Both the position numbers and the translations under genes were made by a program. DNA of 40,932 bases, taken from Clostridia bacterium. GTDB lineage: Bacteria > Bacillota > Clostridia > DUPQ01. The stretch lies in NCBI GenBank assembly GCA_030590175.1, contig JAUUZE010000002.1, positions 1-40,932 of the forward strand, in the 5' to 3' direction. Position 1 is the stretch's first letter, and each line of letters starts with the position of its first letter. Positions 9,363 through 19,510 of this stretch are shown here, in pieces. The notes beneath the pieces are model-generated. The model was not told the DNA's origin, made no database searches, and worked only from the letters and a program-made list of their open reading frames with translations.

Positions 9363-11176
9363 CTGGAATGAATAAAGGCTTTAGAGCAGGAAGTAGTGCT
9401 GGCAGAAGTATCTCTTTAGATGAAAAACAAAAAATTGGCAAAGATTCTTTAAAGAATCTTCTAAAACATGCAATTCCATATTGGCCATGGTTTTTATTAG
9501 CTTTATTATTAGTAACAATGATTACGGTAACAGAGCTAATACGACCTTATCTGTTAGGTTTAGCCATAGATGATATATCGAAAGCTATTAGTAATCCTGA
9601 AACAGTTTCGGATTATAAAGATCATATAATGTCTTTAGGAATCATATTTATATCAGTGGCTTTTTTACAGTTTGTTATCTCATATTTTAATACCATTATA
9701 TTAAATGTAACATCAGCTAAAATTATTAAAGCTCTACGAAGTAAGGTTTTTGCTCATGTTATGTCATTACCATTTAGATATTTTGATAAAACACCAGTTG
9801 GTAGTGTTGTAACTAGAATATGTAATGATACAAATTCAATTAATGAAATGTATGTTAATGTACTAGTGAATTTTTTCAGAGATATCTTTATGATGATTGG
9901 TGTAATTATTACAATGTTCTTACTAGATGTGAAAATGACACTTGTTGTATTGTCAGTAGTTCCGCTTATGGCATTTGCTGCCATTTTGTTTAGGAAAAAA
10001 GCTAGGAAAATTCACACATCAATCAGAGCACGATTATCTGCTATAAATATTTTCTTGTCTGAACATATTTCGGGTATGAAGATAGTACAACTATTTAATA
10101 TGCAAAAAGTAAAGCAAAGTGAATTTGATAAAATAAATCTACAATATATGAATGAAAATAAAAGTAGAATTAAATTATGGGGTATATTTAGACCATTTAT
10201 GGAAGTGGTATCAGCCATTGCTTTAGCACTAATTATGTGGGTAGGTGGGAAAGATGTATTAACATCAACAATTAGTATTGGAGTTGTTTATATGTTTATT
10301 AATTACTCTAGAAAATTTTTCCACCCTATTATGAGTTTAACAGAAATGTATAATACTACTCAGGCTTCATTAGTTTCAAGTGAGAGAATTGAAGTTCTAT
10401 TAAATACATTACCTGAAAAAAAACCTGTATCAGCTAAAAGTTTATATGATTCTAAAGGTAAAATTGAATTTAAAAATGTATGGTTTGCCTATGATGATGA
10501 AAATTGGATTTTAAAGGATGTATCATTTACTGTATCACCTGGCGAAAAAGTTGCTATTGTGGGGACAACTGGAGCGGGAAAAACAACAATAATAAGCCTT
10601 ATTTTAGGATTTTATCGTCATCAGAAAGGAGATATTTTAATTGATGGTATTTCAATTAATGATATTGACTTACAAGAACTACGTAAAGAAATAGGAACAG
10701 TTAGACAAGATGTATTTTTATTTAAAGGTGATATTGAAACTAATATAAAACTATATAATGATATCCCTATTGAACAGGTAATAAAAGCTGCAAAAACTGT
10801 TAACGCTTCTAAGTTTATTAATCAACTAGAAGATACATATAAAGAAGAGGTAAACCATAGAGGAACCACATTCTCAGAAGGACAACGACAACTATTATCA
10901 TTTGCGCGAGCACTAGTTAATAATCCTAAAATTTTACTCCTTGATGAGGCTACATCAAGTGTTGATACTAAAACTGAATTATTGATTCAAGAGGGAATGT
11001 TGCAAATGATGGAAGGACGTACTTCAATTACTATTGCCCATCGTTTATCAACTATTGTTCATTCTGATGAAATTTTGTTTATACATAAGGGACGTATTAA
11101 AGAACAAGGAACACATAAGGAATTATTAAAGAAAAAAGGATACTATTATGATTTATATACAATACAATATTCATAA
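9359..11176 (+). CDS. ABC exporter fused permease/ATPase, subunit carrying the consensus Walker B (LmrD/BmrD/TM288-type half-transporter)
   Basis: Walker A GTTGAGKTT and Walker B LLLDEATSSVD. The signature is degenerate: FSEGQRQ. ATGA overlap with the upstream gene. GGAGGGG RBS. Confidence 0.9.
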   Translation: MTGMNKGFRAGSSAGRSISLDEKQKIGKDSLKNLLKHAIPYWPWFLLALLLVTMITVTELIRPYLLGLAIDDISKAISNPETVSDYKDHIMSLGIIFISVAFLQFVISYFNTIILNVTSAKIIKALRSKVFAHVMSLPFRYFDKTPVGSVVTRICNDTNSINEMYVNVLVNFFRDIFMMIGVIITMFLLDVKMTLVVLSVVPLMAFAAILFRKKARKIHTSIRARLSAINIFLSEHISGMKIVQLFNMQKVKQSEFDKINLQYMNENKSRIKLWGIFRPFMEVVSAIALALIMWVGGKDVLTSTISIGVVYMFINYSRKFFHPIMSLTEMYNTTQASLVSSERIEVLLNTLPEKKPVSAKSLYDSKGKIEFKNVWFAYDDENWILKDVSFTVSPGEKVAIVGTTGAGKTTIISLILGFYRHQKGDILIDGISINDIDLQELRKEIGTVRQDVFLFKGDIETNIKLYNDIPIEQVIKAAKTVNASKFINQLEDTYKEEVNHRGTTFSEGQRQLLSFARALVNNPKILLLDEATSSVDTKTELLIQEGMLQMMEGRTSITIAHRLSTIVHSDEILFIHKGRIKEQGTHKELLKKKGYYYDLYTIQYS

Positions 11177-11188
11177 AGGGAGTTTTTA

Positions 11189-12529
11189 TTGCAAAAATCT
11201 AAAGAAAAAGATCTAACAAAAGGTCAGATACCTGATGTATTAAAACAATTAACTATCCCCATGATTATTGGGATTTTTGCATTGGTTATTTTCAATCTAG
11301 TGGATACATATTTTGTGGGTAAGTTAGGGACGATTCAAATAGCTGCTTTAACTTTTACATTTCCAGTTGTTTTAGTTATTAACAGTATTTATCTTGGATT
11401 AGGAATTGGAGCTGCTGCTGTGATTTCTAAAGCAGTTGGAGAAAATAACCGAGAAAAAGTTATTAGACTTTCAACTGATAGCATTAGCTTAGGTATTGTT
11501 GTAGCTGTAATTGTAGCAATTATTGGAGAATTAACAATTGAACCTCTTTTTACAGCATTAGGAGCCAATGAACAGGTAATGGTATATATTGTGCAGTATA
11601 TGAGAGTATGGTATGCAAGTGTTCCACTTGTTGTTATTCCCATGATTGGGAATAATGCCATTAGAGCGCTAGGAGATACAAAAACTCCCAGTGTAGTAAT
11701 GTTGATTGCAGCCATTGCAAATATAATCATGGATCCATTATTAATATTTGGACTTGGACCATTTCCAGAATTAGGAGTACAAGGGGCAGCCATTGCCACT
11801 GCAATAGCTAGATTTATTACTTTTTCTGTAGCACTATATGTTCTAATTATTCGTGAAAAAGTTATTGTGGTAAAAATTATTAAATTAAAGAAAATGTTAT
11901 CTTCTTGGAAAGATATTTTATTTATTGGATTACCAAATGCTATAGCTAGAGCAATTATTCCTTTAGGTGCTGGAGTTATTACTAGAATTATTGCAGATTT
12001 TGGGAATGAATATGTAGCTGCCTTTGGGATAGGAACTAGAATTGAATTTTTTTCTCTAGCCATTGTTATTGCTTTAGTAACTACCATTCCTGTTTTTGTG
12101 GGGCAAAATTTTGGTGGAAAAAGAATTGATAGAATTAAAGAGGCAATATTAGTTAGTAAAAAGTTTGTTATATACTATTCTATTGCTGCCTATATACTTT
12201 TGTTCTTGATTGCTAGACCATTAGCTTCGCTATTTTCAAAAGAAATAGTTGTAATTGAAAATGTAGTGTTGTATTTAAGGATTGTTCCATTGGCTTATGG
12301 ATTCCAAGGTATTTTATTGATTATTAACGGTGCATTAAATGCCATAAGAAAACCAATTAAAGCAGCGTTACTAAATGTTATACAAATGCTTGTAATATAT
12401 GTTCCATTGGCGTATTTCTTATCAAAACCTTTTGGAATGGTAGGGATTTTTGTTAGCTTAGTAATCTCGTATATTATATTAGGAACTATTTCTATTGGTG
12501 TATATAATAGAGAAATTAATAAACTATAA
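11189..12529 (+). CDS. MATE-family efflux transporter
   Basis: 446 aa with about 12 TM segments and MATE-like N-terminal motifs (IPMIIGIFALVIFNLVDTYFVGKLG). TTG start preceded by GGGAG. Confidence 0.85.
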   Translation: MQKSKEKDLTKGQIPDVLKQLTIPMIIGIFALVIFNLVDTYFVGKLGTIQIAALTFTFPVVLVINSIYLGLGIGAAAVISKAVGENNREKVIRLSTDSISLGIVVAVIVAIIGELTIEPLFTALGANEQVMVYIVQYMRVWYASVPLVVIPMIGNNAIRALGDTKTPSVVMLIAAIANIIMDPLLIFGLGPFPELGVQGAAIATAIARFITFSVALYVLIIREKVIVVKIIKLKKMLSSWKDILFIGLPNAIARAIIPLGAGVITRIIADFGNEYVAAFGIGTRIEFFSLAIVIALVTTIPVFVGQNFGGKRIDRIKEAILVSKKFVIYYSIAAYILLFLIARPLASLFSKEIVVIENVVLYLRIVPLAYGFQGILLIINGALNAIRKPIKAALLNVIQMLVIYVPLAYFLSKPFGMVGIFVSLVISYIILGTISIGVYNREINKL

Positions 12530-13318
12530 TTTTTCTTCAATCTCTTCTTTAGGGAAAATATGTTTCATTCCATTGTAATGATAGAGTACCCCTAGTAGTA
12601 CATAAATAAGCTGAAGATATTCAAAATTCATACCAAGAGATAAAATAATTGTTATCATAAGAAGTGGTAATGTAGATGCAAAACATGCAACCATATAACC
12701 ATCACGCAACTTAAGATTAGGAATTTTTCTAAACCTAGCTATGGAATTACCAAATAATCCAATAATCAATGCTCCTAATTGAATGAGTAACATAAAAAAG
12801 AATATTAAAAGTGCTACAGTGAAAATATTTGTATACTTTAATATGGATATATAAGTGATTAAAACACTTTTATCTATAGTAGTTTCTGGAATGAATGCAG
12901 AAATTTCAGAATAAGTATAAGCTATATCAATGGTATCCATTCTAAGATATAACTGATCTCTTTTAAGTAATACTACTGATAAATAATCGTTATAGTTAAC
13001 TTCATTAATAGTATTGCTGTCATCAATCATTATTAAAAAGCCTTTATCTTCTTCATCGTATATAGTATAGGGGCTTGTTGCATCAACTATAAGTATGTTA
13101 TCTTCGATGATGAAATCAGGACAATTGTTAGCAAAAACTTCATAAACTTGTTCATAAGATTGTGCATTTGCAAATCCCATGGGAAGATAAATAATTAAAC
13201 CTAATAAAAATGATAAAATTGTAAGGTATAAAAAACCTTTCCATTTCTTCATGGTATATATTTCTTTATAATAGTCAAAATCATATAGTGATTTAACAAA
13301 ACTTTTAAATAAGTACAT
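12524..13318 (-). CDS. DUF1189-family membrane protein
   Basis: The N-terminus (FKSFVKSLYDFDYYKEIYTMKKWKGFLYLTILSFLLGLI) matches the characteristic DUF1189 opening. TM segments at both ends. AAGGA RBS. Its 3' end overlaps the convergent MATE gene by 6 nt. Confidence 0.75.
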   Translation of the reverse strand: MYLFKSFVKSLYDFDYYKEIYTMKKWKGFLYLTILSFLLGLIIYLPMGFANAQSYEQVYEVFANNCPDFIIEDNILIVDATSPYTIYDEEDKGFLIMIDDSNTINEVNYNDYLSVVLLKRDQLYLRMDTIDIAYTYSEISAFIPETTIDKSVLITYISILKYTNIFTVALLIFFFMLLIQLGALIIGLFGNSIARFRKIPNLKLRDGYMVACFASTLPLLMITIILSLGMNFEYLQLIYVLLGVLYHYNGMKHIFPKEEIEEKL

Positions 13319-13398
13319 AATAAATTCCTTTCAAACTAAATGTTATTATACAATAAAAATAACATTAATAAAAATAAAAATATGATATAATTATGTCT

Positions 13399-15378
13399 AT
13401 GAAAAAAGGAAAATTCATTCTTAAAGCCGATTATAAACCTTGTGGTGATCAACCAACGGCTATTGACCAGCTTGTGCGAGGAATTAATAAGGGTAATCGT
13501 TATCAAACACTACTAGGTGTTACAGGTTCTGGTAAGACTTTTACAATGGCTAATATTATTGAAAAAGTACAACGACCAACTATTGTTTTAGCTCACAATA
13601 AAACATTGGCAGCACAACTTTGTAGTGAGTTTAAAGAGTTCTTTCCTAATAACTGTGTTGAATATTTTGTTAGCTATTTTGATTATTATCAACCTGAAGC
13701 ATATATACCTTCAACTGATACATATATAGAAAAAGACTCTTCATTAAATGAAGAAATTGACCAATTACGTCATTCAGCTACAGCAGCACTTTTTGAAAGA
13801 CGAGATGTCATAATTGTAGCATCTGTATCTTGTATTTATGGGCTAGGGGATCCAAAGGATTACAAAGAATTAATGGTTTCAATAAGAGTGGGTATGGAAA
13901 AAGAACGAGATGATATTATACATCATTTAATTGATATTCAATATACTAGAAATGAATATGATTTTAAAAGAGGGACATTTAGAGTAAGAGGAGATGTTTT
14001 AGAAATTATCCCAAGCTCTGAGTTTAATACAGGATATAGAATTGAGTTTTTTGGTGATGAAATTGAAAAAATTACACAAATAGATACTATAACGGGAGAA
14101 ATATTAGGAAAACGGCAACATCTGGCAGTTTTCCCAGCGTCCCATTTTGCTACTTCTTCTAAGAAAATGGATAAAGCTATTATATCTATTGGGGAAGAGT
14201 TAGAAGAACAATTAGCATTCTTTAAAGAACAGGGTAAACCACTTGAGTATGAGCGAATTGAGCAACGAACAAGATATGATCTTGAAATGATGACTAATGT
14301 GGGGTTTTGCTCTGGTATTGAAAATTATTCAAGGCATATTAACAATCGAGAAAAAGGTACACCACCAAAAGTTTTATTAGATTATTTTCCAGATGATTAT
14401 CTTATGTTTATAGATGAGTCACATGTAACAGTTCCACAGGTAAGGGGAATGTATAAAGGTGATAAGTCTAGAAAGAAAAGTTTAATTGACTTTGGTTTTA
14501 GATTACCATCGGCTTATGATCATAGACCACTATGTTTTGAAGAATTCGAAGAAAGACAAAATCAAGTTATTTATGTATCTGCTACTCCTGCTGACTATGA
14601 AAAAGAAAAATCTAGCCAGATAGTTGAACAGATTATTAGACCAACAGGTCTGGTAGATCCACTAATAGATGTTCGCCCTGTGGAAGGACAAGTGGATGAC
14701 TTAATAGGAGAAATTAGAACTGTAGTTGAAAAAAATCATAGAGTACTGGTAACTACATTGACAAAGAGAATGTCTGAAAACTTAACAGATTACATGGATA
14801 GTTTAAATGTGAGAGTTAAATATCTTCATTCAGACATTGAAACCATGGAGAGAACAAAGATACTCAAACAATTAAGGATGGGTGAATTTGATGTATTAAT
14901 TGGTATTAATCTTTTAAGAGAAGGTCTTGATTTACCAGAAGTTGGATTAGTAGCTATATTAGATGCTGATAGAGAAGGTTTCTTACGAAGTGCACGTTCA
15001 CTGATTCAAATTATTGGTAGAGCTGCTAGAAATGTTGAAGGTAAAGTAATAATGTATGCAGATAAGGTGACTAGATCAATGGACTTAGCCATATCTGAAA
15101 CTAATAGAAGACGAGAAAAGCAAGTCGCATATAATAAACAATTTGGTATTATACCAACTTCAATTATTAAAGCAATAAGAAATTCTCTAGAGGCAATTAC
15201 AAAAGATGAAACTAATGGTAAAATACATGTAGATATTGGTAATATAGACGAGAAAATAACTACCATGGAAAACCAGATGAGACAAGCTGCTAATATACTT
15301 AATTTTGAAAAAGCTGCTATATATAGAGATGAAATTAAAAAACTAAAGGAGATAAGAAATGATATATCAAAACATTGA
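13399..15378 (+). CDS. uvrB: Excinuclease ABC subunit B
   Basis: Unmistakable UvrB: [23 protein letters not shown], helicase motifs, beta-hairpin region and a C-terminal UVR domain ([15 protein letters not shown]). Two in-frame ATGs (13393 and 13399) and neither has an SD. I list 13399 for the reason given in the findings. Confidence 0.95.
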   Translation: MKKGKFILKADYKPCGDQPTAIDQLVRGINKGNRYQTLLGVTGSGKTFTMANIIEKVQRPTIVLAHNKTLAAQLCSEFKEFFPNNCVEYFVSYFDYYQPEAYIPSTDTYIEKDSSLNEEIDQLRHSATAALFERRDVIIVASVSCIYGLGDPKDYKELMVSIRVGMEKERDDIIHHLIDIQYTRNEYDFKRGTFRVRGDVLEIIPSSEFNTGYRIEFFGDEIEKITQIDTITGEILGKRQHLAVFPASHFATSSKKMDKAIISIGEELEEQLAFFKEQGKPLEYERIEQRTRYDLEMMTNVGFCSGIENYSRHINNREKGTPPKVLLDYFPDDYLMFIDESHVTVPQVRGMYKGDKSRKKSLIDFGFRLPSAYDHRPLCFEEFEERQNQVIYVSATPADYEKEKSSQIVEQIIRPTGLVDPLIDVRPVEGQVDDLIGEIRTVVEKNHRVLVTTLTKRMSENLTDYMDSLNVRVKYLHSDIETMERTKILKQLRMGEFDVLIGINLLREGLDLPEVGLVAILDADREGFLRSARSLIQIIGRAARNVEGKVIMYADKVTRSMDLAISETNRRREKQVAYNKQFGIIPTSIIKAIRNSLEAITKDETNGKIHVDIGNIDEKITTMENQMRQAANILNFEKAAIYRDEIKKLKEIRNDISKH

Positions 15379-16396
15379 ATTTTATAATGTTGAAGAACTA
15401 AGTGATAATCCATTAATGTCTGGAAAAATTCTTAGAAGATATCCTACAGAAACTATTACAAAACTTGATTGTGGTGAGCTTAAAATGGGCCCTTTTGCAG
15501 CATCTTATTCAAATGAATGTGAAATACGTTTTGTTACTACTAGAAAAGTATTTAGAATATATTTTTCAGCCATGGAGCGGGATGGGAAAATCAATATATA
15601 CCAAGGTGATTATTATTATGGTACATATGATTTAACACATGGAAAAATTAATTGTATTTATGTATTGGTAAATGATCGATTACATCAAACTGATGAAATG
15701 GGAAAAGATAATAGATATAATAAGTCTGTATGGAGAATAGTTTTTCTAAAAAGATACACAGCTATATTTCATGGTATTGATGTTGCTAATAATCAAATTA
15801 GACCACCTAAGAAAGAGGAGTTACCATCAAAAACATTTTTAATGTATGGCTCTTCAATTAGTTTTGGCGCTACCTCAGGTAATTCATCTTATTTGTCATT
15901 TCCACAGATTGCGGCTAGAAGATTAGGATATCAGGTAATGAATAAATCTTTGCCTGGTAGTTGTTTTTGTGAAAAAGCAGTAACAGATATGATAGTTGGT
16001 TGTAGTGATGTTGATTTTTTCCTTTATGAAATTGGTGGGAATATGCGTAATCGCTATTCTGTAGAGGAGTTTACTACGCGTTTTAAGTATTTAATGGATG
16101 AAACAAGAAAACATCATCCAGGAAAAATGATTATAGCAATTGATGTGTTTTGGACTATTAGACACATCCCATTTGAAGATAAAAAAACGGTTAATAAAGT
16201 TATTGATGGCTACGATTTAGCCATGAGAGAATATATAAATAATAGTGGTGATGAATTAATGGTGCTTCTTGATTCTAGAAGTATTTTACCTGATATTTCA
16301 CTACTTTGTGCAGACATGCTTCATCCATCTGCATATGGGCATATGGTGATGGGAGAGAATTTAGCAAAAGAAATATCAAAGTATGTATTGAAATAA
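15359..16396 (+). CDS. SGNH/GDSL-family hydrolase with an about 150-aa N-terminal domain (CE2-like esterase architecture), cytoplasmic
   Basis: Block I is MYGSSISFG (Ser nucleophile), and the C-terminal D-x-x-H block is [11 protein letters not shown]. No signal peptide. Strong AGGAG RBS 7 nt before the ATG. The ATG lies 20 nt inside uvrB. Confidence 0.75.
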   Translation: MIYQNIEFYNVEELSDNPLMSGKILRRYPTETITKLDCGELKMGPFAASYSNECEIRFVTTRKVFRIYFSAMERDGKINIYQGDYYYGTYDLTHGKINCIYVLVNDRLHQTDEMGKDNRYNKSVWRIVFLKRYTAIFHGIDVANNQIRPPKKEELPSKTFLMYGSSISFGATSGNSSYLSFPQIAARRLGYQVMNKSLPGSCFCEKAVTDMIVGCSDVDFFLYEIGGNMRNRYSVEEFTTRFKYLMDETRKHHPGKMIIAIDVFWTIRHIPFEDKKTVNKVIDGYDLAMREYINNSGDELMVLLDSRSILPDISLLCADMLHPSAYGHMVMGENLAKEISKYVLK

Positions 16397-16415
16397 CTTC
16401 AATGGTTGTTATAAT
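16388..16415 (+). promoter_or_regulatory. Near-consensus sigma-A promoter for the 16440-24720 operon
   Basis: TTGAAA (16388-16393), 16-nt spacer, TGtTATAAT extended -10 (16407-16415). It is followed by GAGGAGG and the ATG at 16440. Confidence 0.6.
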
Positions 16416-16439
16416 GTTACTTTAAAAGAGGAGGAAATT

Positions 16440-17411
16440 ATGAAAAAAATAGCTGTAGGAATGTATGGAATTAATGGTCATCAGCTTCATGAACAATTAT
16501 TAAATCATGATCGGGCCTATTGCCATGCTATTGCAAAGATTGATAAAGACTTATTACCAAAGGGGTATGACCTTGATAGTATTAAGTTTTATGATACTTT
16601 TGAACAAATGATTAATGATGATGATATTGATGTTATTTCTCTTTGTTCACCAGTTAGATTAGACCAAGAAAAACAGGCCATAATGGCATTAAAAGCAGGA
16701 AAGCATGTTTATAGTGAAAAACCAGCTGCATTATCTGAAGCATCACTTGATTTAATAATAAGAGTTGCAAAAGAAAACAATCGTGAATTTCACGAAATGG
16801 CAGGTACTTGTTTTGAAGAACCATTCTTAACAATGAAAGATGTTGTTAAATCAGGAGTACTAGGAGACATTATTCAAGTTTTTGCACAGAAATCTTATCC
16901 ATATCATGATAGACGTCCTCAAGATGACATTACTGATGGTGGAATTACTAGATGGATTGGAGTACATGCAACTCGCTTTATAGAACACACTACCGGATTA
17001 AGAATTGATAAAATATATTCAGTTGAAACATCATATGGAAATCCTGTAAAAGGTGGCGATTTAGCCATGGCTTCAAGTTTAATGATGACTCTAGAAAATG
17101 GTGCTGTTGGTTCAATGGTTTGTAATTATGCTAATCATCGTACTTTTGGTCCATGGGGAAATGAACATTTAAGAATCTGGGGAACTAAAGGATTTGTAGA
17201 AGCTGTTGATGGATTAGAAAAAACTAGACTAGTACTACATGATAAAGACATGGGAGCTCTTGATTTAGTTCATGAAAATGTTGATTATTTTGAATATTTC
17301 TTAGATAAAATTATTGATGCAAAAGAATTTCCTATTACACTTGAAGAAGAATTGCATCCATTACGTGCAGTAATTAGAGCAAAAGAAAATGTATTAGAGA
17401 GGATCAAATAA
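16440..17411 (+). CDS. Gfo/Idh/MocA-family oxidoreductase
   Basis: N-terminal Rossmann-like segment (KIAVGMYGINGHQ), EKP motif (VYSEKPAAL) and a C-terminal alpha/beta domain. Confidence 0.85.
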   Translation: MKKIAVGMYGINGHQLHEQLLNHDRAYCHAIAKIDKDLLPKGYDLDSIKFYDTFEQMINDDDIDVISLCSPVRLDQEKQAIMALKAGKHVYSEKPAALSEASLDLIIRVAKENNREFHEMAGTCFEEPFLTMKDVVKSGVLGDIIQVFAQKSYPYHDRRPQDDITDGGITRWIGVHATRFIEHTTGLRIDKIYSVETSYGNPVKGGDLAMASSLMMTLENGAVGSMVCNYANHRTFGPWGNEHLRIWGTKGFVEAVDGLEKTRLVLHDKDMGALDLVHENVDYFEYFLDKIIDAKEFPITLEEELHPLRAVIRAKENVLERIK

Positions 17412-17412
17412 T

Positions 17413-18624
17413 ATGAAATTAGTTATAATTGGTGTTAGTGGATATGCAAAAGTCTTTATAGAAGCTATGTTTTTAAACAAACCAAATGAGCAATTTGAAG
17501 TAGCGGGATTTATTTATCCAAAATCAAGAAAAAGTCCTATTCCTTCACAACTTATTGATAATAATATTCCTCAGTATGACTCACTAGAAGAGTTCTATAA
17601 AAGTGATAGTGCTGATTTAGTAATTATTTCATCACCAATCAACTTACATTTAGAACAAACAGTTACAGCACTTAGAAATGGTTCGAATGTGTTATGTGAA
17701 AAACCAATAGCTGCTACTATTCAAGATGCTAGAGAAATGGAAAAAGTTTCAAAAGAAACTAAGAAGTTTGTTGCAGTTGGATTTCAATGGTCATTTTGTG
17801 AACCAATTTTATCACTTAAAAAAGATATTCTTGATGGTATGTATGGGAAAGCTATTAGTGCAAAAACTGTAGTTGAATGGCCACGTACTGTTAGATACTA
17901 TAATAGAGCAAGTTGGGCTGGAAAAATCATGGATAACTATGGTAATTGGGTATTAGACAGTGTAGCTAATAATGCAACTGCTCATTTTTTACACAATATG
18001 CTATTCTTACTTGGAGATACAATAGATCAAGCAGCTTATCCTGAAACCATAACAGCAGAAACTTATAGAGCAAATGATATTGAAAATTATGATACATTTG
18101 CAGGAAAAATAAGAACAAAAAATGGAGTAGACTTACTGTTTTTAGCAAGTCATGCTGTAAAGGATAATTTAAATCCTATATTTGAATTTACATTTGAAAA
18201 AGGAAAAGTAACTTTCGACTTTTCAAAAGATAGTATTTTATATGGACATAAAGATGATGGAACAACTAAAGCTTATGGCAATCCATTTGATGATGAAATG
18301 AGAAAGATATTTACATGTATTAGAACAATTAAAGGTGAAGATGAAAATCCTTGCCCAATAGATGCAGCCATTCCACAGTTAATGGTTATTAATGCGGTAA
18401 CTGAAGAAATACCAATTACTCAATTTCCAAATGATGTTGTAGTAAGGGGTGAAACTAAAGGTGAAACACTGTTATATGTTGAGGGTATGAACAAAATGTT
18501 AGATGATTGCTATGAAGAAGAAAAATTACCTTCTGAAATGGGATATAAATGGGCAATAGCTCATCCCACTATTAATGTGAGTAACTATACTAAGTTTACA
18601 AGTGCAAAAAATTGGAAGAAATAA
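17413..18624 (+). CDS. Gfo/Idh/MocA-family oxidoreductase (longer paralog)
   Basis: KLVIIGVSGYA N-terminus and EKP motif (VLCEKPIAAT). 1-nt gap from the upstream gene. Confidence 0.8.
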   Translation: MKLVIIGVSGYAKVFIEAMFLNKPNEQFEVAGFIYPKSRKSPIPSQLIDNNIPQYDSLEEFYKSDSADLVIISSPINLHLEQTVTALRNGSNVLCEKPIAATIQDAREMEKVSKETKKFVAVGFQWSFCEPILSLKKDILDGMYGKAISAKTVVEWPRTVRYYNRASWAGKIMDNYGNWVLDSVANNATAHFLHNMLFLLGDTIDQAAYPETITAETYRANDIENYDTFAGKIRTKNGVDLLFLASHAVKDNLNPIFEFTFEKGKVTFDFSKDSILYGHKDDGTTKAYGNPFDDEMRKIFTCIRTIKGEDENPCPIDAAIPQLMVINAVTEEIPITQFPNDVVVRGETKGETLLYVEGMNKMLDDCYEEEKLPSEMGYKWAIAHPTINVSNYTKFTSAKNWKK

Positions 18625-19010
18625 TTATTATTACTACTAAACAAGCTGATTTCATTGAAATAACCAATGAGATCGGCCATTACGTTAAAAAACAAAATTT
18701 ACAAAATGGTTTTGTTCTTATAACTATACCCCACACAACAGCTGGAATTACTATTAATGAAAATGCAGATAGAGATGTTAAAAAGGATATACTAATGAAA
18801 CTAAGTAAATTAGTGGATAATGATAGCGATTATGCTCATTTCGAAGGAAATTCTGCAGCTCACATCAAAGCAAGTTTGATGGGGAGTACACTAACTTTAC
18901 CAGTGGTAAATCAAAAACTATTATTAGGGACTTGGCAAGGTATCTATTTTTGTGAATTTGATGGACCAAGAAAGAGAAAGGTATGGATACATTCATGGAA
19001 CAGTTATTAA
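18612..19010 (+). CDS. YjbQ/UPF0047-family protein (annotated in databases as secondary thiamine-phosphate synthase enzyme)
   Basis: 132 aa with the family hallmarks HTTAGITINENADRDV, HIKASLMGS and LGTWQGIYFCEFDGPR. TTG start overlaps the upstream gene by 13 nt. Confidence 0.8.
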   Translation: MEEIIIITTKQADFIEITNEIGHYVKKQNLQNGFVLITIPHTTAGITINENADRDVKKDILMKLSKLVDNDSDYAHFEGNSAAHIKASLMGSTLTLPVVNQKLLLGTWQGIYFCEFDGPRKRKVWIHSWNSY

Positions 19011-19507
19011 AAAAACGACGTAGTATTAGAAAATATTTACCAGAAAAATTAAAGATTGAGGAAATTAACCAGATTATGAAAGCAGGTTTATATGCTCCTT
19101 CATCAAAAAACTCAAAACCATGGGAAATTTATGTAACAGAAAATAAAGAAAAAATTAATTTATTGTCTACTGCAAAACCAACAGGTGCATCTTTTATAAA
19201 AAATGCTCCACTTGTGATGGTAATAGTGGCAGATCCTAATAAAAGCATGGTATGGATAGAAGATGCTTCAATAATGGCAACGATTATGCAATTAGTTGCT
19301 GAGGAATTAGGTATTGGATCATGTTGGATTCAAATTAGAAAAAGAGAGCATAATGAGCTATTAAGTGCAGAAGAATATGTGAAAGAATTATTGTCCATAG
19401 ATTCACATAAGAAAGTATTATGTTTGATATCTTTTGGATACCCAGATGAAAAAAAACAAGCGTATACTGATAATGATTTACTAACAGAGAGGATCATTTG
19501 GAGATAA
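18983..19507 (+). CDS. Nitroreductase-family protein
   Basis: RRSIRKY opening motif, PSSKNSKPW, and an overall length of about 170 aa. The start could instead be the ATG at 18995. Confidence 0.85.
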   Translation: MDTFMEQLLKKRRSIRKYLPEKLKIEEINQIMKAGLYAPSSKNSKPWEIYVTENKEKINLLSTAKPTGASFIKNAPLVMVIVADPNKSMVWIEDASIMATIMQLVAEELGIGSCWIQIRKREHNELLSAEEYVKELLSIDSHKKVLCLISFGYPDEKKQAYTDNDLLTERIIWR

Positions 19508-19510
19508 AGT

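Noticed and set aside
11389-12087. 232-aa ORF on the minus strand inside the MATE gene
   Set aside because: It lies entirely antisense to a well-supported membrane-protein CDS. Its composition is low-complexity and Ile/Ala/Thr-rich, as expected from reading hydrophobic codons backwards. It has no RBS and no recognisable family.
13319-13392. Search for a LexA/Cheo box (GAAC-N4-GTTC) upstream of uvrB
   Set aside because: No GAAC or GTTC half-site is present in the intergenic region, so no SOS box is reported.
15006-15413. 135-aa minus-strand ORF antisense to the uvrB 3' end
   Set aside because: It overlaps the highly conserved uvrB coding sequence. It is an Ile/Leu/Ser/Phe-rich artefact of AT-rich antisense reading.
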